Source of the DNA: Flectonema sp. DT1601
Lineage: Eukaryota
Length of the DNA stretch: 64,000 nt
Reading direction: 5' to 3'
NCBI GenBank assembly: GCA_964019425.1
Contig: OZ025802.1
Span: forward strand, 930,001 to 994,000
In this document: piece by piece, positions 33,032-45,000 of the stretch
Position numbering within the stretch: the stretch's first letter is position 1
How the letters are laid out: every line of letters starts with the position of its first letter
Position numbers and translations under genes: made by a program
Notes under the pieces: generated by a model
Seen by the model: only the letters and a program-made list of their open reading frames with translations
The model's database searches: none
Told to the model about the DNA's origin: nothing

Positions 33032-36000
33032 GGTACGTACGAGCAGAATGTTCCGAAGAATGTCTTCAACGTTGATTGTCAAACGATCGTCTTTACTACC
33101 GGAGAGTGCGATTGTAACACAGTCATCCCTGGAGCATCAATTGATGTTGAAGAAGGATATGTTAACGGTAGAGACACATTGTCATGCCCAGCCTGTGCCG
33201 GACTGGGTATTCAGACTCAGTGGATCTCCGGAACTGGTGTCTTGAAGTTGACAGGTAATGGAAAAACCATCAACGACTTCGCCAAGGCAATCGACTCCAT
33301 AAACTTTTTGACGACTTCAGGAGATGGTAATTCGAGAAGAATTACTTACAACTATGGTCACGCTCTTTACACAAGTATTACTGGTCACTTCTACGAATAC
33401 TATCCAACTTCGGAGTGTTCCACCTCAGCGTGTCGTTGGGACGATGGTCAGGCGTCATGTGCCGATAAGAAACTTGATGTACTTGGGTTGGTTGGTTACC
33501 TCGCTACTATTACCAGTGCTGGTGAACGTGACATCACAAACGCCAAGATCCAAGGACACGGTTGGTTGGGAGGTTCAGATGTTGGTCGAGAATCAACTTG
33601 GAAATGGGTAACTGGACCAGAAGGATGTCCTCCTTATGACACCAGTGTCACTGGAGCACAACGTTCTGCATGTGACTTCGGATATCCACTTCCTGATACA
33701 AAAAATCCATGTTCTGGTCCAGATTGTAATGGAGGTACTTTAATGGGAACTGGAGCTAGTTGGTGGTTCCGCCGGTCAGCATTTGGAAACTGGGCAGGAG
33801 GCGAGCCGAATGAATACAGCAGACATTGCGGAGGAACGTGTTTCACTACCGGAGAGGATTTCTTGCATTTCTACGGCAACAATGGATTGTGGAATGATTA
33901 CCCACACAGACACAACAGTATCGATGGGTTTATGTGTGAGTGGGGAGGTGTTGGTGAGCTCTGCATGGACAGTGGTGATGTGTTCAAATCGTACGTCCTT
34001 GTTTCTGGATGTGACGGCTTTAAGTCGCAAGACAAGTGTGAAGCACACATTCCAGTTGGATCATGTGCCTGGGATATCAATACTGGATCATGTATTCCTC
34101 ATGGTTGTCACGTACACGAAGACGAGGCTCAATGTGGTCAGGATCCACTCTGTGATTGGGATCTTACTGTGTCACCAGCAGCATGTGTAGACAACAAGTG
34201 TGCTTCATCACACACCGATGTTAGTTCTTGTAATGGGGATCTTGTTTCTCCATGTCGATGGGACGATAACCAACCTGACGGTGCCCAATGTCAGCCACTC
34301 AACTGCGGTGACATTACCGACATGTGCACATGTACGAAACTAGGAAACTTGTGCCTCTGGGACCCATCATCAAAGACTTGCTTGGATCCTGATCAGAGTA
34401 CTTGCCCAGCTGCTGATGTTATATTTGTAGTACCAGGTACTAAACATGCTGGAACTCAATTTGGTACTCACACAAATGGATACTACGGATTAATGGAACA
34501 TCTGAGACACTGGACTTCATCAGCTCACATGGCTGGTGCTTCCGACTCCAACTACGGATTCCGTGCGGCGTATGTGACGTACGGAAGGAATGGAAAGTCG
34601 ATCACTGCATCTGACAGCACGGGCGCTCCAGCCACCTTCGACAACTGTAAGACGTGGGACCCAGTTACTGGAACTACCGGAAACAACGGAGGGTTCTCTA
34701 TGAACCCTCACGCTCTCAACATGGACATCAGTTTCTTGGAGAACTTCTACTGTCCTAACTGGGCTGGTAGTGGAAGCTATGCAGTCCCTGGTCTACAGAC
34801 TGCTTTGAGCAGTGTTCAGGCCGCCTCAGCAAACGGTCGTAAGAAGTACGTTTTCATTGTTGCTGAGTCGGAACTCAGCGACAGTTCCACGGACTTGGCC
34901 AACGTCGTTAACCAAATTAAGGCTGTGCCTGATACCGAAGTATTTGGAATTGTTCCTCGTGCGCTTCAGGGAAGTACTTCAACAGACGTTCAGGCTGAGG
35001 CAAAGTTGAAGCCGCTTGTGACATCTGACAAGCACATCGTGAACGTTGAGTTGGCGAATTTGGGAGATGAAGTTCTCTCAAAACTCTGTGACGCTTCGAC
35101 AACTTTCGGCAGCGTTATTTCTACGAAATCTGATGTCGGATGTCGCCAAAGGGACGAGACGGATTGTAAGGGTGCTCACCTTTGTCTGTGGGATATTTCG
35201 AATTCACCATCGTGTGTTAACAGTCCGTGCCTACAGAAGTGTACTGAGGTTGAATGTAATTCCCAGGCCGGTTGCCAATGGGATGCCGCTCTCGGTGTTT
35301 GTGAGAAGGATATTGTCGACTGCTCACTCCACAACGGTGACAAGGCTGCGTGTGAGAACAACGAGAACTGCGTTTTCGAACCAGTTTGGGCTGCCGCTGA
35401 TACTTGTGCAACCAACCCGTGTAGGGACTTGACTGATTCCACAAGTTGTGTTGCTGAGACGGAAACTGTATCGGCACCATGTGTTGATCCTCCTGGTAAC
35501 CCGGATTATTGTAAATTAAGTGTTTGTGAATATGATGATTCAAAGTCTCCGAAGTGTAATGTTAAGAAGTGTCTTCAGAAGGACCAGACGAAGTGTGAGG
35601 CTGAAGATGGATGTCTTTGGGAGCCACTCCAAACACCTCCGCCAACTGGACCACCATCGACTCTTGTGACGTACTGTGCTGAGAAGAAGTGCGACTACCC
35701 GAGTCAGCCGGCGTGCGTTGCGGATCCGAAGGGTCAGTGTCAATGGGACGATGGATCTCAAACATGTAAGGAACTTCCATGTGTTCACAACCCTGACGAG
35801 CTGACTTGTGACAATGATCCAGTGTGTCACTGGGATATTTCTACTAACCCACCAGGATGTATTGAGACTCCTTGTGGTAAGAACAAGAATCAAGGTGATT
35901 GTGAAGCTTCTGGTGACTGCATGTGGAACAACGATAACCCTGCGAAGCCTTACTGTGAAACATTGAACTGTGGAGAATTGAAGACTGCTTGTGAATGTCA

Positions 36001-39000
36001 GGAGTCTCCGCACTGCACATGGCACCAGGCTGGTCAGTACTCCCACTGTGTTGATCCACTGTACTCAACTTGCCCTGATTTAGATATTGGTTTCATTATT
36101 GATGGTTCAGGATCCATGTCTCTTCGGTTTGGAAACCATCCTCACGGATTCTTTGCTCTCATGAACATGCTTCAAGATTGGGTGAAGACTCTTCCACTTA
36201 CTGGTGAAGATCACACTGTTGGTGCTCAGTCAACTGTCAGAGGAGGAGGTTTCAGAGTTTCATTTATTCAGTTCTCAAAAGCTAATGCTTCTCCTGCTGA
36301 AGACCATCCAACGAACTGTGCTATTGGTGCTTGCACTGATGGTAAATTATCAGGTATGAGATCTGAGCTTCTCGGTGACATTCAGTGGCATGAGACGAAC
36401 TACCAGAGTCAGTGGACGTACATCCACGATGCGCTTTTGGATGTTGCGGAAAACACCTTTGACCCGCTTCACTCACCGGCACACAGAGAACACATTGTGA
36501 TCATTTTGGCTGACGGTGGTCTCACTGACTACGATGGTGATGCCTGCTCCTGGGGAATCTGTGGAATTTGCCCATGGGGATGTGATTCATCGTACAAACC
36601 TTCCTACAAGGCTATTCTTGACGATGGTTACGCAAAGTTAGTGGCCGACAACGTCACTGTTTTCGGTGTCGTAATCAGAAGATTCGCTTCTTCGAACTTC
36701 CAGGACCGGAACGCTGAGAACAAATTGAAGCCACTTGTTTCCTCACCTCGTGATGACCACTTTTTGAGTCTGCAAATGGATGAGATTCCTGACAAGCTTT
36801 TGAAGTCACTTTGTGATCCAAACAGCAAGTTCGGTGCCATCGTGGCACCCGCTGTCAACGTGGATCACTTCCCGTGTGCTTCATGGGGATACCGCGACGA
36901 GTGCATGTCTGATGAGACTTGTGAGTGGGTGACACCAAAACTGACAACTTGTGACGCTACCACCGGATGCCCTCAATTAAATTGCCAAGAGTTACCAATT
37001 CATTACCGAGGAATCTATGAATGTAATAAATGCAGATTAGCTCGTACCGTTATCACTTGCGGAGCCAATGTGGCGTCTTCCATTGTGGGAACCTGTCGTC
37101 AGACTGCCTGCATGGCATGCTGTAACAGCACTTGCTGTGATGCGAAACCGGAGTGCTCATGGAACACAACTGATTCTACGTGTACCCGCGATGTCTGCGA
37201 ACACCCGAACAAGGACGACTGCGAGAACGATGCCAACAACCTTTGCAAGTGGGACCCTGTGACAAAAGATTGCAGCAAGAAGGAGTGCGAGGCGACGTTT
37301 GAGCAACACAAGTGCGCAGCTAACCCTGAGTGCTTGTGGGACGCTGGTGTAGATCCTCCGGTGTGTCTGCCAATTCCGAAGTGTGATACTTACACTGCTG
37401 AGGCACAGTGTGTTACTGATGTACAGTGTACTTGGAATTGTACTGATTCGGATTGCAGATACACGCTCTGTCCGTTTGCGAATGAAGTTGACTGCCTGTC
37501 ATCAACTGACTGCGAGTGGAGCGGTACCATTTGTGTTGAGAAGCCGTGCCGCTACAACACCAGCAGTGAATGTGCCGCTGGATGTGACCCAAACTGCAAG
37601 TGGGACAACAAGACGAGCACTGAGCACTGCAGACAGGATCACTGCAAGAAGCATGCTGGCAACCCAGCCTGTGATAAGGATCCACGTTGTCACTGGAGTG
37701 GTACAACTTGTGATGAAGACTATTGTGCTGATTACGATAACGATGAAGTTGAGTGCAAGGATGACCCAAGATGTACTTGGAGTAAAGACGCATCACTCGG
37801 ATGTGTTTTGACGAACTGTTCAAAGGACCACGGGATCCCATCAACAGCTTCGTGTGCTCCTGATGTGAACTGTAAACCAGGTACAGATGCTACTGGTGAC
37901 TACTGTGAACCAACTCAGTGTCATGATTTGGATTCATGTGAGTGTCCACAGAAGGCTGGATGCTACTGGGATCCAAATGGAGGAGCCACCAACTCTGGAG
38001 AATGTAAGGAGGATGCTGGCAGTCTTTGTCCTGACTTGGATGTCGTGTTCTTGCTCGACGGTTCTGGTTCGATGAGCGCTCGCTTCGGATCTCATCCCCA
38101 TGGATACCAAGGTATGATTGAAGTACTTAAGGATTGGGTAAACACTATACCTCTTACTCATGAACCTGCTCATACTACATCAACTGTTACTGGTGGAACA
38201 TTCCGACTTGCATTCATCCAGTTTGCTAAGACTTCTGAGTACTGGGCATGCAAGAATGATGGATCTGGATGTAACAGAAACACTTGGGGATGCAGGAATC
38301 CGGATGTTTCACAACTTCCTGGTGCAAAGTGCGCGGATGGTACTTTCTCAGGAGATTTAACTGAGCTTCAAAATGATTTGACATGGCACGAGAGGAATTA
38401 CATGGGTTCGGTCACTTACATGTCAAAGGCTTTGGAAGATGCTGTTCAGGTATTTGATGACTCTCCTGCAAACAGAAAGCATGTTGTTGTTATTATTACC
38501 GATGGTTCTTTAAATCCTAGAAGTCGTCAATCTAGAGAAATTCCTCCTCTCCGTGCTCAGTTAGACGCGAAGGATGTCATCACGTTTGGTGTTGTCGTCA
38601 GAAAGGGGCAATCGCACACGAAGGCTGATCTCGATGCTGAGGCCACGTTGAAGCCGATTACTAGCGACCCTCATGATGATCATTTTGTAAACGTTCCACT
38701 TGATGACATGTTGGATCACGTGTTTAAAGACTTTTGTGATCCAGCGAGTCCATTTGGTAAGGCTGTGTCTACTGGAGGAACACGTGCTGCAGTCCTGCCG
38801 TGTTCGAAGTGGGGTTTGGAGTCTGAGTGCCACGCTGACGCAAGCTGTGAGTGGACGTCGGCCTTGCCAGCAACTTGTGTCAAACCTAGTGGATGCAAGA
38901 ATCTGAACTGCCTGGAACTCTCAGGGACTCAAGCTCAGGCATACACCTGTGAGCAGTGTGTTCTGGTTGGTTCAGTTGTGACCTGCAGTGCTGGGACTAA

Positions 39001-42000
39001 GAATACTGGCACTGGACAGTGTCTTCAATCTGATTGCTCAACTGCTTGTATTGTGTCCACTTGTGCCAACAAGAACGGATGTGTTTGGAATGGTGGCCTC
39101 TGTCAGGAGGAGCAATGTGACTACGCCAACCGCACTGCTTGTGAGAACGACGCAATCTGCAAGTGGAACACCACCAAATCACCTGAGGAGTGTGAGAAGA
39201 AGCAGTGCACTCACTTTGCTGCTGGACCTTGCAATGGTGACAAGAACTGTACTTGGGATGATGCTACTCAGAAGTGTTATCCAAACAATCCAGAGTGTGA
39301 TAAAATCAAAAATGATGCTTTGTGTTTGGCTGAACCATCTGGCAAGTGTACCTGGAACTGTATCACTGACGGGTGTGAAGTTAAAAAGTGTGTCTACACA
39401 TCGAGTGTTGACTGTACAAGAATTGCCAGCTGCCAGTGGGACAACGCGGGACAAGTTTGCCAGGAAAAGCATTGCGTCTGGACTAAGGAGAATGAGTGCA
39501 ACGCTGATGCAGTCTGTAACTGGGAGAACAACAACTGTGTTGTGAACGACTGCTACCAACACGGAACTGAATTGTTGTGTGTTCAGGATGACAAGTGCGA
39601 ATGGGATACCGCAAACTGTGGAATCTGTAATGAGAAATACTGCCAGAAGTACAACAACAAGGCAGCCTGTGACAGTGACATCAAAAATGAGTGTCGCTTT
39701 GACGATGCTACGCAAAGCTGTGTCGACAAGAACTGCGTGGACTACAACAACGGTGCGTTGTACTCAGCGGGAGCTTCTTGTCCGTGCAAGAGTGATGCCA
39801 CTTGTCAATTTGACACGACGACCACGCCTCCGCTGTGCAAGGCGACGGAATTCGAGAACTGTCCGAACCTTGACATAGCCATCACCTTTGATGGATCGTG
39901 TTCAACAAACAATGCTTTTGGTCAACATCCGTCAGGATTTGAGGGAATGTTGGCAGCTGTGCACGATTGGATTGTCACCGCACCACTTACCGGAGAAGCT
40001 GCTGGAAAGACCTCGACCGACACCAACGGTAGAATGAGACTTGCCATCAACCAGTACTCTTCCCAAGTTCACGTTGCTGACTGTCCTAACTGCGCGTGTG
40101 ACAACCTCGACTTTCCGATCAACGGAGTGAACACGACCAAGTGTGGTAAGCTTTCTGGTGACTTGGGTGAACTAAAGCAGGACTTGGGCTGGCACGCATC
40201 TGCTGCGGGCAAGGCCACCCAGACTTGTGAGTCTCGCCTGAAGCCAGTCGAAGAGTTCGCGACTGAAGTATTTAAGCAGTCACCATCAACCAGAATGAAG
40301 ATATTGATTGTCGTTACTGACGGTGTCATGACTGACAAGGATGAACTTGCTACAACCACTGCTGCTCTCGTTGCCCAGGGAGTTAAGATCTTTGCTGTCA
40401 ACGTCATGAAGGGGGCGTCCGCGACCAACACCGACGATGTTGCGTTGGCGTCTCTCGAATCGAAGATCGTCACGACGCCGGCGGCGCAGAATGCGCAGGG
40501 TTCGGACTTGGACTCCCTTTCGGAGTTGTTTGACACCTTCTGTGATCCAAGTGGTAAGTGGGGAGCTACTGTTACTGCGGGTACAACGGGAACGACTCAG
40601 GTGAAGAAGTGCAGCGATCTCACGACGGTCCTCCTCTGTGACGCTAAGCTGACATGTGATTGGGATGGAACTTCTCTGCTTTGCGGAGACCACGCATGTT
40701 TCACTCACTGTAATGAGACAACTTGTCTTTCGGATCCTCAGAACACTTGCAATTGGAATGCCACTTCCCAGTCCTGTGAAAAGATTCCGTGTGACGAGGT
40801 GACAAAACAAGATGAGTGTGAGAAGCACACGGAGTGTACTTGGGACGTAACAAAGTCACCTCAATGTACTGAAGATCCATGTCCAGCTAGAACTGAGGAT
40901 GCTTGCATTCAGTTGAATGGATGCCAATGGGCAACTGACCCAGCCCCTGCGAAGTGTGAACCTATCCCATGTAACTTTGGAAACGACTCTGTGGCGTGTA
41001 ACGCGGAGCCAGGGTGTGAATTCGACGACGTCTGTCCTGATGCGGTAGACCAGCTTTGCAGATTGAAGCCGTGCGCTCAGGACAAGCACTTGACTCTGGC
41101 CGGATGTCAGGCTGATCGCCTTTGTGTTTGGAACTCAAGCAACCAATGCGAACAGGCAGCTTGTGTTCAATACCCAGATGAGAAGTGTTGTGACCATTAT
41201 TCTAACTGTCATTGGGATGTTAGTCAGTCTCCAGCAGTTTGCTCAGAGAAGTATTGTCCAAGGACTCACGACAACCAGGTTGAGTGTGACAAGGATACGA
41301 AATGCATGTGGAACTCAACTGACGGTACCTGCATTGAGAAGAACTGTGTCGAACTGGAAGAGTGTCGGTGCAGAGCTGACGCTGAGTGCTTTTGGGATCA
41401 TCAGCACCACACTCCTCACTGTTCAGACTCAAAGTTCGGAGAGTGTCCTGTTTTGGATGTCGTCTTTTTGATTGACGCCTCAGGTTCAATGGGATGGAGA
41501 TTCGGAAGACATCCAAATGGTTTCTACGCCTTGATGGAGATCTTTCGTGACTGGATGATGACCGTTAGTCTTACTGGTGAGAAGGGTGGTGAAAACAAAC
41601 TTGGAACAGTCGACGGTATCAGAATTGGTTTTATCCAATTTTCTGGTTCCAACCCGCGTTGGTGGCGAAGAGGATCCGCATGGGCGAAGAAAACCCCAGC
41701 GAACACGGGAACTGGCGGTCGTCTCTCTGGTGACCGTAACGAGTTGCATGCTGACATTGATTGGCATGAGAATAAGTTTTACAGATGGGGGACGATGATC
41801 GAAAAGGGGTTGACCATGGCCGGTGATGTGTTCGATGCTGCTCACGCCACCAATGGAAGAAAGAGAATATTGATCATCATATCTGATGGTAGAATTTTTG
41901 ATCCGTCAAAGCTCGCTAACGCGCGTAAGGTTCTTAATCAGGAGAATGTTCAAACTTTTGGTGTCGTAATCAGAAGACAGGCTGCACACACGAAGGCTGA

Positions 42001-45000
42001 TCGTGACGCTGAGAGTACTCTGAAGCCAATCACTTCGGATGTTCACGATGAGCACTACATGAACATTCAGATGGATGAGGTCAGAACAGACATGCTTGAC
42101 TTGCTCTGTGATCCAAATGGTCCTTGGGGACACTTAATCGTTGATCAAACAAAGACTCAGGCTGGTGTTCACAGGCCGTGCACTCATTACCAGGGTAACG
42201 CTCAGACTTGTGCTGCAGACCCTGGATGTATCTTCTCCCCTACCACAAACTTGTGTGTTGACTCTCCATGTTCCCATCACTGTGGTGAAGTACAGTGTAC
42301 CGCTGATAACGTTAACTTGTGTGTGTGGAACTCTACAACTGGTGACTGTTGGAAGGACACGGAGTGTGCACACACAACGAAGAACACTTGTGAAGGAGAC
42401 AGGGTTGGATGTAACTGGGACGACACTCGCGATCCTAAATGTGAGAAGACTCCTTGCACTTATGACTCTGAGACTAATTGTTTATTAGATCAAACGTGTG
42501 AATGGACTACTGACCCAGTTACTGCTGCTGTAGGATGTACACCTATCAAGTGTTTATACAATGACAGCTCTACTTGTGGTAATGATCCTGAGTGTGAGTG
42601 GAGGACTAACATCTGTACTGGTACTGTAGACTGTGAGGAGAAGAAGTGTACTTTCACATCTCAAACAGTGTGCCTGAAAGACCCTGCCTGTGAGTGGGAG
42701 AACAGCAAGTGTCAGACTCAACCATGCGCTCATTATTTAGAAGAATCTTGTTGTGACAAGGTTGATGAGTGCAAATGGGATGTGACGACTACTCCAGCAG
42801 TGTGTGATGAAGCCAAATGCCCAAAGTACCCTGACCCAACTCAGTGTAACGCTGACACTGAGTGCTTCTGGACTGCTAACGCGACAGGTGTTGAGAAGTG
42901 TCTGCCACTTGACTGTTCGAAACTTACAGACAGGTGTGGGTGCGACTCAAACCCAAAGTGTTACTTCAAACCAACTCCAACTGGAGGTATGTGTACCGTT
43001 GTAGAGTTCGGAGAATGTCCAACTCTTGACATTGCTATTATTATTGATGGTTCGGGTTCCATGGGATGGAGATTTGGTAAACACCCACACGGATTCTATG
43101 CCCTCATTGAAGTCTTGCGTGACTGGGTTGTCACTCTGCCGCTGAACGGAGAGTCTGGATCAGTTGGAATAAACAGCAAGAGAAACAATGGAGGTGTTCG
43201 TGTTGGTTTTATTCAATTTTCAGGAAAGTACAGAAGGTCTGAGGCTAAAACCTCAACTCCAAGTGTTGGTACTGGAGGTAGACTGTCAGGTATCAACAAG
43301 GAGCTTCAAGATGATCTTGACTGGCATCACAACAACTTTTACAACAAGGGAACCTACATCAAGAAGGGTCTGGAACTTGCTGTTGACATGTTCCACGACA
43401 GTAGAATGGATGACGACAGGCAGCGTGTTTTGATTATCTTCGGTGACGGTCAGATTTTCGATAGGACGCAGCTTGCTGCTGCTCGGTCCGACCTCGACAA
43501 GGAGGAAGTTCAAGTATTTGGTATCGTTTTGAGAAGACAATCCCAGCACACGAGGTCCGATTTAAATGCTGAGAGGACGTTGAAGCCAATTACTTCCGAC
43601 CCTCACGATGAGCACTTTGAAAACGTTCTGATCGATGAAGTAAGCTCCTTGATCAAGGATATCTGTAACCCTAATGGACCGTGGGGACATTTAATTGTCA
43701 ACCACATCCCAACACCTACCACTGGTCATCACTTACCATGTCCTGACTACAAGGTCCAGGCCAACTGTGTGGGAGATCCGGGTTGTGTTTGGTCCGATGC
43801 TGGTATTGCGTGTGTCAATTCACCTTGTTTATTGCATTGTGACTCGACAAACTGTACCCTCGCTGCTGCTTCTCACAACTGCTCATGGAATGCAACTGCT
43901 GGGGAGTGTTTCAAGGAACCGGTGCCAGATTGCCACTGCAAGTTCGACACCAACGACGATACCTACAACAAGCAAAAGTGTGATGCCAACGCGGAGTGCT
44001 TCTGGAACGCCCCACTTTCGAAGTGTGAGGTTGACGAGTGCAGTGCGAACAATGCCGGAGCAGTCTGTGCTGCAGCTGGACAGACGTGCACTGATCCTAA
44101 CAAGGAGCCGTGCAGCTTACATGATTGGACTTGCGAGTGCACACCTCCTGCTACTGGATCCAAAGTGGCTGATGTCGCTGAATGTGTTCTCGATGAGTGT
44201 ATCGTAATGGGATGTCCAACATGTGCTAATGGTACCTGCCCAACTGGACAGACTTGTAAGGATCCAAATCCATCAGCTTCTTCAACAAATGATTGGATGT
44301 GTGAATGTGATGATCCAGCAACTGGAAGTGCTATCATCGGAGTTGCTGATTGCAAGATCGATGAGTGCACCTACGACTGCGCATCATGTGAAAAGAACAC
44401 ATGTGCAACTAAAGGTCAGAGTTGCCTGGACCCCGACCAGTCGTCAACGTCGTTGAATGACTGGATGTGTGTTTGCGCGCCACCTGCTACAGCTAACAAG
44501 ACGGTGGGCCTCGCTGACTGTAGGTTCAACGAGTGCGACCTCGTCACTGTTTGTGATGCCAATGGACAGAAGTGTGTTGATCCAGATCTCGAGAAGAAAG
44601 ACGACTGGAAGTGTGTTTGCAAGGACCCTGCCGTGGGAGCGTCGATCGGCAAGCCAGCGATCTGCGTTTTGAATGAGTGCAACACAACTTGTGCCACTTG
44701 TGCCAACGACACATGCACATCCCAGAACCAGGTTTGTGATGATCCAAACAAGTCTGAGACAAGCACCGGTGACTGGACTTGTACTTGTGTCCCCCCGGCA
44801 ACAGGCCAGGCTACCGGAAATAACGCTGATTGTCTGATTGATGAGTGTACCTACACGTGTCCAACATGTGCGAACACCACCTGCAGTGACGACAGTCAAG
44901 CCTGTCTTGATGCCGACAAGACTTCTACTTCGCTCGGGGACTGGGAGTGCATCTGTCCTCCACCGTCTAACGCAACTCAGCTAACGGGGATTGCTAACTG

